Source: a virus (Duplodnaviria; Heunggongvirae; Uroviricota; Caudoviricetes). Taken from it: a stretch of 55,863 nucleotides of DNA. Shown here piece after piece: positions 44,488-53,925 of this stretch. The first letter of the stretch is position 1; the number at the start of each line of letters is the position of its first letter. A model generated the notes under the pieces. The model had not been told where the DNA came from. It searched no databases and saw nothing but the letters and a program-made list of their open reading frames with translations. The translations under genes were made by a program, and so were the position numbers. Location: positions 1 to 55,863 of the IMG/VR virus record IMGVR_UViG_3300048850_000049; one strand, written 5' to 3'.

Positions 44488-44925
44488 ATGTCGAATCGTC
44501 TTATCTGGAACTCTGATCTGCTCCGCGTTGGTCGTCCCGGCGCCGATGTTTTGACGGCTGGCTATGATGATCTTTTGTTCACGTCCGAGCGAGGCGGCCT
44601 AAAGGTTATTGTCGAAGGCATCATCAACGTCCCGGCTGGCGATGGAACCAACAGGTTCGGCGAGGTTGCCGTTCCCTACGGAAAGGCCTTCAGTGGCCGT
44701 CCCTGGTGGTTTTTCAATGCCGGGTTCACGACCTCGGAGTGGAGGACGCTTGGCATCATGAGCTACACCACTCCTGGCAACGAGGCGACAGGGTTTGGCA
44801 TTTCATACGGACGCAGTTTCAGCACCCCCTTCGACGCGCCTGATCAGCTCATCATGACGTGGACCTCTCGGGCCCAGACGGCAGGCGGGGTTTGCCGTTA
44901 CCGCGTGGTCGACATCGATACTTAG
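44488..44925 (+). CDS. Small tail-tip-associated protein, paralog 3
   Basis: NR...RVGRPGADVLTA..DLLFTS. Confidence 0.75.
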   Translation: MSNRLIWNSDLLRVGRPGADVLTAGYDDLLFTSERGGLKVIVEGIINVPAGDGTNRFGEVAVPYGKAFSGRPWWFFNAGFTTSEWRTLGIMSYTTPGNEATGFGISYGRSFSTPFDAPDQLIMTWTSRAQTAGGVCRYRVVDIDT

Positions 44926-44934
44926 GAGAATGAA

Positions 44935-45435
44935 ATGATCGTAGAATACGACGACGACGGCCGCATCTCGCATATTATCCACGACCCTGTTCATGAGAGC
45001 ATCGTGGGAACCTTGCATGAAATGGGCAGGCAGTTCCTCGATTTAGCAACGATCCCCTGGCCGCCCCAGCCTGTGATCGACAAGGCCACGGGCGAACCCA
45101 TGATCGACGAGGACAGCGGGGCGATTATTGTTGCCTCTCAGGGTTACGACTCGCCGTCCGTGGATGGTGAATCGCAGTATGTGCTCGACGGAGCCATCGA
45201 GCCGCGGCCTACTTTCAAGGCTCCGGAGCTCGTCGAGATTGTCGCCGACGACGTTGACGAAAAGGTCATTGAGAACCTGCCTGAGAACGCCACGCTTCTC
45301 GTCGATGGTGAGATGCACCAGCTTGATGGCACCACGCTGACGATCGCCTCTGACATGCCGGCTGAATATGAGATTCGGATCCAGAAGTTTCCCTTCATCG
45401 AACGCACTGTAAAGGTGATTGCACATGCGGCTTAA
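44935..45435 (+). CDS. Hypothetical tail-associated protein
   Basis: AGGAG RBS; MIVEYDDDGRI, YVLDGAIEPRP. Confidence 0.75.
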   Translation: MIVEYDDDGRISHIIHDPVHESIVGTLHEMGRQFLDLATIPWPPQPVIDKATGEPMIDEDSGAIIVASQGYDSPSVDGESQYVLDGAIEPRPTFKAPELVEIVADDVDEKVIENLPENATLLVDGEMHQLDGTTLTIASDMPAEYEIRIQKFPFIERTVKVIAHAA

Positions 45436-45835
45436 TCTGAAGAAGAACCTGCCGGCGCTGCGTGCCGCAGCATATAGCGCCATCGACGCCGAAGCGGAGC
45501 AGCTGCGCCTGCAGTTTATCACGCCCGGCGACGGCCAGGCCATGACTTATCAGCAGAAGAAGCTCGAGGCTGAGGCTTATCTTGCCAACACGTCGATCTC
45601 TCCGGCCGAAATCCCGCATATCAGCCTCGAAGCTGAAATCAACGGTTATACGTTGATGGAGCAGGCGAGCCTGGTCGTCATCTTGAACTATCAGTGGCAG
45701 CAGATCTCCGCGCTCATTGAGAAGGTTCGCATGACGGCAAAGAGCGCCGTTAATGTTGCCGCAAACCCTCGGTCGATCGATGAGGCAGCGATTGTAGATT
45801 GGTCATCAGTATTGGAGCTTGCAAGTCGCTCCTGA
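45425..45835 (+). CDS. DUF4376-like tail fibre chaperone
   Basis: IDAEAEQLRLQFITPGDGQAMTYQQK..EA. Confidence 0.7.
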   Translation: MRLNLKKNLPALRAAAYSAIDAEAEQLRLQFITPGDGQAMTYQQKKLEAEAYLANTSISPAEIPHISLEAEINGYTLMEQASLVVILNYQWQQISALIEKVRMTAKSAVNVAANPRSIDEAAIVDWSSVLELASRS

Positions 45836-45892
45836 ACCATAGGGTAGGGGCCTATTAGGATGGTTTTTGTTGCAACTGCTCCCCATATATAG

Positions 45893-45910
45893 TAAGTAAG
45901 AACTTACTTA
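45893..45910. promoter_or_regulatory. 18-bp operator upstream of the lysis cassette
   Basis: TAAGTAA-gaac-TTACTTA. Confidence 0.85.
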
Positions 45911-45930
45911 TTCGTGGACTGGAGATAACA

Positions 45931-46302
45931 ATGGCGTCCCTGCCCAGCATTTCCGTAAATAAGGAGACGATTGGTCTTCTGATGGGCGTCTTCGGCGTTA
46001 TCTCAACCGGAATTGGCGTTTACAACTGGCTGCTTGCCGGCCGCGCTGAAAATGCTCCGGTCGTTCAGGAAATTGTTCTGAAGAACCACGAACAGGATCA
46101 GCGCCTCGATCGCACCGACGAAGATCGGGCTCGCTTCAATGAAAATATCAAGGATCTATCGAGCAAGACCGGTGATCTCAAGGAGGCTGTCGTCAAGCTG
46201 ACGACGGTTATCGAAGAGAACGGCAAGGTCACGAAGAAGGCCGAATACTTCTCGCCCATGATGACCCCGAGCCATCGGCCGATCAGCGTCGAGGTGCAGT
46301 GA
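45931..46302 (+). CDS. TM + coiled-coil protein (holin- or antiholin-like)
   Basis: One N-terminal TM; first gene of the lysis operon. Confidence 0.6.
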   Translation: MASLPSISVNKETIGLLMGVFGVISTGIGVYNWLLAGRAENAPVVQEIVLKNHEQDQRLDRTDEDRARFNENIKDLSSKTGDLKEAVVKLTTVIEENGKVTKKAEYFSPMMTPSHRPISVEVQ

Positions 46303-46532
46303 TGAACCTGCATCCTGACTGGAAGAAGATCCTCAAGCACGCACTGTCCGTGAAGCTATTCATCGCTGCTGCCGCTCTGTCCGGTATCGAGGCGCTTCTG
46401 CCCTACCTTCCGGCATTCATGACCATCGATCCCATTTGGCTCGCGATTGCTACCCCGCTCACTTGCGCCCTCGGCATCTACTTCCGGCTCGTTGCGCAAA
46501 AGTCCGTCTCAGGAGACGACCATGCCGATTAA
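46302..46532 (+). CDS. Holin
   Basis: HPDWKKILKHALSVKL + 2 TM, directly before the endolysin. Confidence 0.7.
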   Translation: MNLHPDWKKILKHALSVKLFIAAAALSGIEALLPYLPAFMTIDPIWLAIATPLTCALGIYFRLVAQKSVSGDDHAD

Positions 46533-47139
46533 CAAGATCGTTTCGACCAAGCGCGGCAAGGCTGCTATTGCAGGCGCAATCATCGCTGCTGTTGCAAGCG
46601 GATGGACGACTTATACCTCCTCGCGTGCAGTCGTCCCGGCAACCGTTCAGTCCGCGATCGCCCAGGGCATGACCCCTCCCGCCGTTGCGCTTGCCGTTGA
46701 GAAGTTGATCAAGCCTTGGGAAGGTCTGAAGCTCGTCGCCTACAAGGACATCGTCGGTGTCTGGACGATCTGCTACGGCGAAACGGAAGGTGTGAAGCCT
46801 GGAATGCGAATGACTGCGCTTGAGTGCGAAGCCATGCTGATCAAGCGCGTAACCAAGGACTATTACCTTCCGCTTGTTAATGGCGTTTCAGGCTTTGCAA
46901 AGGCACCCGTGAGTGTTCAGGCGTCACTGACCTCTGGCGCCTATAACTTCGGCGTCTCTGCAGCCAAGAAGTCGACGGCTGCCCGCTGGATCTCTGCCGG
47001 AAATTACCGGGCTGCGTGTGAAGCACAGACTGCCTTCAACAAGGCAGGCGGCAAGGTTGTGAAGGGCCTGGTGCTGCGCCGTGAGATGGGCGACGCCAAC
47101 CGTCTTGGCGAGGCTGAACTATGCGTGTCGGGTCTCTGA
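46522..47139 (+). CDS. Endolysin, GH24 lysozyme with a SAR-like N-terminus
   Basis: WEG..AYKDIVGVWTICYGET catalytic E-D-T; SGAYNFG; GLVLRR. Confidence 0.92.
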   Translation: MPINKIVSTKRGKAAIAGAIIAAVASGWTTYTSSRAVVPATVQSAIAQGMTPPAVALAVEKLIKPWEGLKLVAYKDIVGVWTICYGETEGVKPGMRMTALECEAMLIKRVTKDYYLPLVNGVSGFAKAPVSVQASLTSGAYNFGVSAAKKSTAARWISAGNYRAACEAQTAFNKAGGKVVKGLVLRREMGDANRLGEAELCVSGL

Positions 47140-47486
47140 TGCTCGGAAAGCTTATTCCTCCCCAGTTCATGCTCACCGCCTATCTGATCGCAGCCGTTGC
47201 GGTCGCGGGCGTCGGCTACTGGATCTACGACACGATCTATGACCGCGGCTGGGACGCGCATGTCGTCATTTCCGAAAAAGAAAAGGCCGCACAGCTGGCC
47301 GCAAACAACCAGGCGATCGCTATCGCCGAGAAGGGCTTGCGTGAGGATATCGCGCTGCTCTTGGTCGATAAGGAGAAGCTTGAAAATGATGTCGCTCGCC
47401 TCGATGCGGAAGCCGCTGCAGATCCTGACGCTCATTCTGGTGGCATCAAGCGCGACAGCGTGCGCCGCATTAACACCGTCCGCTAA
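47139..47486 (+). CDS. Inner-membrane spanin (Rz-like)
   Basis: N-terminal TM + coiled coil after the endolysin. Confidence 0.8.
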   Translation: MLGKLIPPQFMLTAYLIAAVAVAGVGYWIYDTIYDRGWDAHVVISEKEKAAQLAANNQAIAIAEKGLREDIALLLVDKEKLENDVARLDAEAAADPDAHSGGIKRDSVRRINTVR

Positions 47487-47724
47487 GGCTCCGATTGATC
47501 TGCCGAAGCTGCCTGTCGAACTAACGTGCAAGGTGACGGACCAGAACTGCAAGCCGCCTTGCCCTTACGGCGTGCTGGTTCCGGATCGCGACATCAACCA
47601 GGCTGAAGCGGAGGTTTACTGGCGCCAGGACCGCAAGAGTCTGAAGTTTTGCCGGGACTCCCTCAATCTCGCTTTGGACTTCTACGAAGACTTGCGCACG
47701 AGGCTCAATCCGCCGGAAGATTGA
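47404..47724 (+). CDS. Outer-membrane spanin lipoprotein (Rz1-like), overlapping the i-spanin
   Basis: MRKPLQILTLILVASSATA-C lipobox; Pro-rich. Confidence 0.8.
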   Translation: MRKPLQILTLILVASSATACAALTPSAKAPIDLPKLPVELTCKVTDQNCKPPCPYGVLVPDRDINQAEAEVYWRQDRKSLKFCRDSLNLALDFYEDLRTRLNPPED

Positions 47725-47797
47725 TCCATCGTTCGTCTAGTAATCTTATCTATAACTAAAGTCATATACAGTATATGACGATGAATGGACGGGAATT
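47725..47797. repeat. Second copy of the inverted-repeat element, enclosing a different palindrome
   Basis: TCCATCGTTCGTCTA...TCTTATCT...GTCATATAC-a-GTATATGAC...GATGAATGGACGGGAAT. Confidence 0.7.
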
Positions 47798-47798
47798 C

Positions 47799-49637
47799 AT
47801 GTCTGTTATTGCCTCTGAAGATCGCTTCGTAACCGTCTATAACGACACGGAAAACTATCCGAACCTTACCGATGTAGCTCTTGAGCTTGGTATCTCATAT
47901 CAGACCGTCCGCAATCGCTCTGCGCTTCTGAGGGCACGTCTGCGGCGCGGCGAAGATGTTCCCGTCCTGATCTCTCGTGTCGTCCAGGCAAAGGAGAAGG
48001 ATCCCGAAGCTCCGGTCAATCACGCCAATGCACGCGCTGACCTCCTCCGCTCCGACATTCACCAGCTCCTCACCTCTTCGCGATATCCTGTCATCAACCC
48101 GGAAGCCATCACCATCGATAGCTATATCGGCAAGAAGTATGACAGGCTCACCGGCAAGACCACGCCGGTAGAGGGAACGCCTCGGACCTGGCTTTCCGAT
48201 ACGCTGCGCGCCGAACCTGTAGAAGACCCTCGCGGCCGTGTTTTCATTCTCACCGGCGCTCAGAACGACGCAGAAGTGGATCTGCCTTTCTGGGAGAACC
48301 TTCAGGCATATGCAACCTTCCGCGATGCTGACCTCGTTGTAGGACCTGGCACTTACGAGACGCAGTGGTGGAGTGAGAGCAACCCGTCGGTGCGCTCGTA
48401 TGCTCCTGAGATCGAGGAATATCTGTGCTTCGGCCAGATGCCGATCGGCGACAACTTCGTCTTCTGCGGCGAAATGAACATGCTGCCGACCGCAAGCCGT
48501 CCGATTAGTGATCTGACCACGTATTCGCAGGGCCGCTGGGGCGTCTTCCCGCACGCCAAGGTCCAGTTGAAGTCTGTGCCGTCGACTGATCCCAATCAGC
48601 AGGCCCACCAGGTTATGACGACTGGTCTTGTCACCAAGCCGAAGATCATTCCCCGGAAGGCAGGCATCAAGTCGATCTTCCATCATCAGCTTGCCGCTGT
48701 GCTCGTGGAGTTCGACCATGACGGCGATCTATTCTGCCGGCATTTGATTGCCGACAAGGACGGCTCCTTCTGTGATCTCGAATTCTTCGTCAAGGATGGG
48801 GAAGTGACGGTCGATGAGGAACAGGTCGAACTCATGGTCATGGGCGATCTGCATTCAGACAAGGAAGATCCGAAGAACTTCGATGCTACCTTTCGGGCGC
48901 CGAATTCGATCACCAAGACGCTCAAGATCCGCCGGGCAGTTGCGCACGATATCTTCGACAACTATCGCCGCAACCATCACCACGTCCATGACAACGCCTA
49001 TTCTTATGAAGTTGCGGTGCGCGGCCGCGATAGCGTTCTCGAAGAGATCCGGGGCGTCGTTAATATCCTCAAGGAGCTGCGGGAGACGGTTGCTGTAACG
49101 GTCATCGAATCCAATCACGACATCGCCCTCGAGCGCTACGTCAAGGAGGGCCGCTATAGGAACGACGGGATCAACATTCGTCTCGGTCTCCAGCTTGAAG
49201 ACGCCTATCTCGCGTGGCGCGAGGAAGTGGCAGAAGCTCTCGATGCTGCTCTCCCGGTTCGCTCGTTCTCGCTGCTCGAATACGCGGTCAACATGGCTGC
49301 AGAGAGGGACGGCGACGATCTGAGCGATGTCGAATGGGTTCATGATGGCTATTCGTATGTCGTCAACGGCGTCGAATGTGGCAATCACGGCTTTCGCGGC
49401 GCCAATGGTGCGCGCGGCACCGTCGCAGGCTTCGCTCAGCTCGGCCGGAAGATGAACATCGGCGACAAGCACTCTCCCGAGATCTGCGATGGCGTCTATG
49501 TGTCTGGCGTAATGAACCTGCGCCAGGGTTACAACAAGGGGCCGTCCGGCTGGGCCGTCACCCACACGTTCCAGTATAATAACGGAAAGCGAACCCTCAT
49601 TACGTTCCAGAATGGCAAGTGGCGTGCATTTATTTAG
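47799..49637 (+). CDS. T5 A1-like protein: N-terminal HTH + calcineurin-like metallophosphoesterase
   Basis: FILTGAQN..FWENL, LPTASRP, PHAKVQL, MTTG, KAG..FHH; GDLH, HD, SNHD, NHG, GDKH. Confidence 0.7.
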   Translation: MSVIASEDRFVTVYNDTENYPNLTDVALELGISYQTVRNRSALLRARLRRGEDVPVLISRVVQAKEKDPEAPVNHANARADLLRSDIHQLLTSSRYPVINPEAITIDSYIGKKYDRLTGKTTPVEGTPRTWLSDTLRAEPVEDPRGRVFILTGAQNDAEVDLPFWENLQAYATFRDADLVVGPGTYETQWWSESNPSVRSYAPEIEEYLCFGQMPIGDNFVFCGEMNMLPTASRPISDLTTYSQGRWGVFPHAKVQLKSVPSTDPNQQAHQVMTTGLVTKPKIIPRKAGIKSIFHHQLAAVLVEFDHDGDLFCRHLIADKDGSFCDLEFFVKDGEVTVDEEQVELMVMGDLHSDKEDPKNFDATFRAPNSITKTLKIRRAVAHDIFDNYRRNHHHVHDNAYSYEVAVRGRDSVLEEIRGVVNILKELRETVAVTVIESNHDIALERYVKEGRYRNDGINIRLGLQLEDAYLAWREEVAEALDAALPVRSFSLLEYAVNMAAERDGDDLSDVEWVHDGYSYVVNGVECGNHGFRGANGARGTVAGFAQLGRKMNIGDKHSPEICDGVYVSGVMNLRQGYNKGPSGWAVTHTFQYNNGKRTLITFQNGKWRAFI

Positions 49638-49646
49638 GACCGGTAT

Positions 49647-49664
49647 TAAGTAAGCACTTACTTA
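49647..49664. promoter_or_regulatory. 18-bp operator overlapping TATAAT
   Basis: TAAGTAA-gcac-TTACTTA(TAAT). Confidence 0.85.
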
Positions 49665-49723
49665 TAATCCAACTTTCTGGTAATTTATGGGCTTAACCTG
49701 ACCACGAGAGAATTGCCGCTTCA

Positions 49724-50074
49724 ATGTCATACAATCAGTATCTCCAGGGTAAGGCTATTCAGGCCGGATTTGAATGGCGTCTTAAGATCAAGATCGTCTC
49801 TCCGGCCCTCGCTGTCTTTCCAACGACCGCTAAGTTCACTGCTCAGGTGCGCGACACGCCGGACTCGAGTGTCAAGGTAGAGCTTTCGAGTGATGCCGGC
49901 ACGATCATCCGCGTCGACGGAAATACCATTGAGCTTGTCATCAAGAGCACCGACTCGGCCGACTGGTCTGAGGGCACGGTCGTAATGGACGTAATCCGAA
50001 CGGATCTTTCTCAGTTGATCCACCTTGGCTTTGACCTGGAGATCCCGGTTAAGCGCCCCGTGACGAGGGTCTGA
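49724..50074 (+). CDS. Baseplate-upper / fibre-attachment-like beta protein
   Basis: FTAQVRDTP..VELSS.AGTI...IELVI..VMDVIR; precedes the fibre gene. Confidence 0.65.
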   Translation: MSYNQYLQGKAIQAGFEWRLKIKIVSPALAVFPTTAKFTAQVRDTPDSSVKVELSSDAGTIIRVDGNTIELVIKSTDSADWSEGTVVMDVIRTDLSQLIHLGFDLEIPVKRPVTRV

Positions 50075-52458
50075 TGTCCGAAGATCTTGTAATCAATTAC
50101 GCCTCGGACATTCTGGTGAAAGTCCGGCACAATCAGGAAGTCTACGTTGAACTCTCCTTGCAGGGTCCTCAGGGGCCGCAGGGTGAAAAGGGCGAACACG
50201 GCGAACTGACCCCGGAGCTTGCGCAGGCCCGGGACGATGCAATCGCCGCTGCTGTTGTTGCCGAGTCCGCCAAGACTGATGCCGAGACCGCTCGAACCGG
50301 CGCGGAGAACGCCCAGACGGCCGCTGCTGATAGCGCAACTGCTGCCGACACGTCAGCTACGGCTGCTGCTAGTGCGAAGTCCGGCGCTGATACCGCCAAG
50401 ACCGCTGCTGAAACTGCCCGTGATGCCGCCCAGACTTCACAGACGGCTGCTGCAACCTCTGCAACGAATGCAGCCGGATCCGCAACCTTTGCCGATGAAG
50501 TGGCCGATGACGTTGTTGCCGCACTCACGGCTGCCGAGACCGCACGCGATATGTCCGTTCAGGCGAAGACCGATAGCCAGACGGCCCGCGATGCCTCTGT
50601 TGCAGCAAAGACGGCTTCTGAGACCGCCCGTGATAGCGCAACTGCATCAAAGGATGCGGCCGCGACTTCCGCGACCGACGCCGATGCAAGCAAGACTGCG
50701 GCTGCGACGAGCGCTGCCGACGCTGATGCCAGCGAAGCAAATGCGCTTGCCAGCAAGAATGCTGCGGCTCTCTCTGCGACTGCAGCGGCGGATTCAGAAA
50801 CTAACGCCGATCTCGCAAAGCTCTCCGCCCAGGGGAGTGCAACTGCAGCATTGGGCTCAAAGAACGCGGCCGAGTTAGCGCAGACTGCTGCCGAATTGGC
50901 GCGTGATGATGCCATTGCTGCTGAAGTTGCCGCTGCTGCGTCAGAAACCGCAGCTCTTAGTTCGGAAACGGCTGCAGAAGGCTCAGCTATTGCTGCCGCC
51001 GTAAGTGCCGCGGCTGCTGCTGACTCCGCGGCCTCTATTGAACCCTCGTCCTTGCAGGTTCGCGCCGAGAAGAACCAGCCTGGTGGATATTCCGGCCTCG
51101 GTCCTGATGGTAAGCTCGATATCAATCAGCTGCCTCCGCTTGGTGGACTCGCCGGTAAGGAAACCGTTTCCACGATCGACATCGATGATAAGGCCGTCAC
51201 CCTTGCAAAGCAGGCTGATGTTGCGACGGCTGTGCTCATGGGCCGTGTCAGTGCCGGAACCGGCAACCAGGAGGCACTGACGCCGGCACAGGTGAGGTTC
51301 CTGCTGGCGCTTGAGCAGACGAACAACACTTCAGACGCGGACAAGCCTATCTCGACTGCACAGGCTGCGGTGAATGCATTGAAGGCGCCGCTTGCGTCTC
51401 CGGAGTTCACGGGTGTTCCTACTGCTCCTACTGCCGCACTTGGCACGAGCACGACGCAGATCGCCTCGACCGCGTTCGTTCGCAGCGAAGTTCAGTCGAT
51501 TGTCGGCGCTGCTCCGGAAGCCCTGAACACTCTTCAGGAAATTGCCGCTCAGCTTGCGTCCGACTCGAATGCTCTCGCCGCGATTACCACTTCGCTGTCT
51601 GGAAAGATGAGCAAGTCGGCAAATCTGTCCGACATGACCGATTACGACGCGGCGTGGACTAACCTTGGTCTTGGCACCGCTGCGGCCATGAATTGGGAAG
51701 ACTTCGCGCTTTCAAGTCACGTTCATGCAGCAGCAACCGCAACCGTAAATGGTTTCATGACCGGTGCGCAGTTCACGAAGCTCGCCGGTATCGAAGCGCT
51801 TGCTGACCAGACGGATTTGACGAATGTGCAGGCTGCTCTGACGAGTAAGGCTGCCGTAGCTCCCATTGATGCTCATGAGCTTTACTCAAGCGCCGGCAAG
51901 TTCACCTGGGCAACGCTCAAGTCCACGCTGAAGACCTATTTCGATACGATCTATCAAACCGCTGCAGCCGTTGCCGCACAGATCGCAACGGCGACCGGCG
52001 GCGACATGACGGGAAATGCATATCCGCGCAATAGCGTCGGCACGAAGATGAATTTTGTGTTTTCCGGACAGACTGGTCAGCCCAGTTGGTTATGGGGAAC
52101 GACTGACGGCGCGAATATGCTTGTCTGGAACCCTGCCAACTTCAATGTGACCTCTGTTGGCGGTCAGACCTATGCTCAGATTGCCGCAACCATTGAGGCA
52201 CGCGCGAAAGCATGGGGATATGACAGTGTTCCTACGGCAGTCGCAATCATGCGCGCCGGAGGTCTGGGCTGCTACGCATTGATGACTTCCGATACCTCGC
52301 TGACCGTCAACCAGGGAATTGCGGGAGCCTCAGTTCATTGGGCCAACGCGACTGGCTTTAATCAGGGCAACGGTGGCAGCGGGTCTTACGTTTGCCTCGG
52401 CGATGCATCTGGATCCAGTGCACCCGGTCGAACCACCGTCTTTTTGCGTTACGCTTAG
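50074..52458 (+). CDS. Side tail fibre protein
   Basis: GPQGPQGEKG; long Ala/Ser/Thr repeats; KAPLASPEFTGVPTAPTA...QIASTAFV; APEALNTLQEIA. Confidence 0.88.
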   Translation: MSEDLVINYASDILVKVRHNQEVYVELSLQGPQGPQGEKGEHGELTPELAQARDDAIAAAVVAESAKTDAETARTGAENAQTAAADSATAADTSATAAASAKSGADTAKTAAETARDAAQTSQTAAATSATNAAGSATFADEVADDVVAALTAAETARDMSVQAKTDSQTARDASVAAKTASETARDSATASKDAAATSATDADASKTAAATSAADADASEANALASKNAAALSATAAADSETNADLAKLSAQGSATAALGSKNAAELAQTAAELARDDAIAAEVAAAASETAALSSETAAEGSAIAAAVSAAAAADSAASIEPSSLQVRAEKNQPGGYSGLGPDGKLDINQLPPLGGLAGKETVSTIDIDDKAVTLAKQADVATAVLMGRVSAGTGNQEALTPAQVRFLLALEQTNNTSDADKPISTAQAAVNALKAPLASPEFTGVPTAPTAALGTSTTQIASTAFVRSEVQSIVGAAPEALNTLQEIAAQLASDSNALAAITTSLSGKMSKSANLSDMTDYDAAWTNLGLGTAAAMNWEDFALSSHVHAAATATVNGFMTGAQFTKLAGIEALADQTDLTNVQAALTSKAAVAPIDAHELYSSAGKFTWATLKSTLKTYFDTIYQTAAAVAAQIATATGGDMTGNAYPRNSVGTKMNFVFSGQTGQPSWLWGTTDGANMLVWNPANFNVTSVGGQTYAQIAATIEARAKAWGYDSVPTAVAIMRAGGLGCYALMTSDTSLTVNQGIAGASVHWANATGFNQGNGGSGSYVCLGDASGSSAPGRTTVFLRYA

Positions 52459-52467
52459 GAGAACCAC

Positions 52468-52998
52468 ATGACGCCCGAGCAGCTGGCACAGCACGCCGCA
52501 ATGTTTCCGAACCTTGTGGGTGCAAATTACCCTTACAGGAACGTCTCTGACCTGGTTTGGGCGAACGCGGAGCACACCGCGATTAACTGCCTCGTCGACT
52601 TTGACAATATCGACGGCAATGATCTCACTAAATACACCGCAACGCCCACCGATATCACGCTGCACTCGGTTGAGATTTTCAATCGTGCGGTAAATTTGGA
52701 ATTTGGACCTATCGCGCCCTACGTTCCGCCGACGCCTGAGCAGTTGCGTGAGAGGATGCCTTCACTGACGCATCGGGAACTATGGCTTGCTGGGCTTGAA
52801 ATCGGTATTCGTGAAAGTGACGCACTCGCCCTCATCAATTCGATCCCCGATGACTATCAGCGAGAGGCCGCTATGATCGAGTTTACCAAGAGTTCAACCG
52901 TTAAGCGGACTCATCCGCTCGTGGTCGCGCTGCTCGCGGGTGTTGGCCTTGAAGACTATGAAGCTGATGCCCTTTGGATGCGCGCTGTTACTGGCTAA
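52468..52998 (+). CDS. Tail fibre assembly chaperone
   Basis: WANAEHTAINCLVDF..YTATPTD..GPIAPYVPP. Confidence 0.75.
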   Translation: MTPEQLAQHAAMFPNLVGANYPYRNVSDLVWANAEHTAINCLVDFDNIDGNDLTKYTATPTDITLHSVEIFNRAVNLEFGPIAPYVPPTPEQLRERMPSLTHRELWLAGLEIGIRESDALALINSIPDDYQREAAMIEFTKSSTVKRTHPLVVALLAGVGLEDYEADALWMRAVTG

Positions 52999-53002
52999 TT
53001 AG

Positions 53003-53020
53003 TAAGTAAGCTCTTACTTA
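53003..53020. promoter_or_regulatory. 18-bp operator upstream of phoH
   Basis: TAAGTAA-gctc-TTACTTA. Confidence 0.85.
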
Positions 53021-53082
53021 TTCTTAGGCTTTCGGTTACAGTGGGAACGTCAACATACCTCCCCAATCGGAGCCATCCAGAA

Positions 53083-53829
53083 ATGTCCAAGATGAAGAAG
53101 TCCGTCGCACGCCATACTCGCCGCGACGAACGTTCGCGTATGCGTAACGACTCCAATTTAGTTGCGTCCCTCGATCGATCCCTGCCGGCACGGCCGTCGC
53201 AGGCCCGCCGTGAGCCGGTAAAGCCGCTCACCAATGGACAGAAGCGTTACGACTCCGCGATGAAGTCTTCGGACATTGTATTCGGTGTTGGTCCTGCAGG
53301 CACGGGTAAGACTTGGTTCGCCGTGCAGCGCGCAGCAGAAGCCCTCAATGCCGGCGAAATCTCCAAGATCTATGTCACTCGGCCGGCTGTCGAAGTAGAG
53401 CGCAGTCTGGGCTTTCTTCCGGGTGATCTGGCTGAAAAGTATGCCCCTTATTTGATTCCGCTCGAGGAAGCCTTCAAGGAAGCCTTCGGCGCCAGCAAGT
53501 ATGAATACCTTCTCAAGAACAAGACCATTGAGGCCATTCCTCTGGCCTTCATGCGCGGCCGCACTCTGAAGGACAGCTGGACTCTTGCCGACGAAATGCA
53601 GAACGCCACGAAGGGCGAGTTCAAGATGTTTCTCTCTCGCATTGGTGAGAATGCCAAGTTTATCGTCAATGGCGATCCCCGTCAGATCGATAACGGCATC
53701 ACTTCCGGCCTGGCTGATGCAATCGATCGCATCGGCGAACATAACCAGGTGTCTGTGATCCAGTTCACCCGTGACGAGATCGTCCGTTCGGGCCTGTGCC
53801 AGGACATCGTTGAAGCTTACGAATACTGA
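53083..53829 (+). CDS. phoH: PhoH-family ATPase
   Basis: GPAGTGKT, TRPAVE..LGFLPG, LAFMRGRT, DEMQN, GDPRQID, IVRS. Confidence 0.93.
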   Translation: MSKMKKSVARHTRRDERSRMRNDSNLVASLDRSLPARPSQARREPVKPLTNGQKRYDSAMKSSDIVFGVGPAGTGKTWFAVQRAAEALNAGEISKIYVTRPAVEVERSLGFLPGDLAEKYAPYLIPLEEAFKEAFGASKYEYLLKNKTIEAIPLAFMRGRTLKDSWTLADEMQNATKGEFKMFLSRIGENAKFIVNGDPRQIDNGITSGLADAIDRIGEHNQVSVIQFTRDEIVRSGLCQDIVEAYEY

Positions 53830-53838
53830 TCCTTCAGG

Positions 53839-53870
53839 CGAGCGCGGTCATCCCCGCGCTCGTCAATTTC
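53839..53870 (+). terminator. Probable terminator
   Basis: CGAGCGCGG-tcatcc-CCGCGCTCG. Confidence 0.55.
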
Positions 53871-53925
53871 TGCGTTTCCGCGTCTGTCGCGCTATAACTC
53901 ATGACAGAACAACGAAAGACCAGTT

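Noticed and set aside
39013-52998. Diversity-generating retroelement or invertible fibre switch
   Set aside because: No reverse transcriptase, invertase, TR/VR pair or flanking inverted sites seen in the window.
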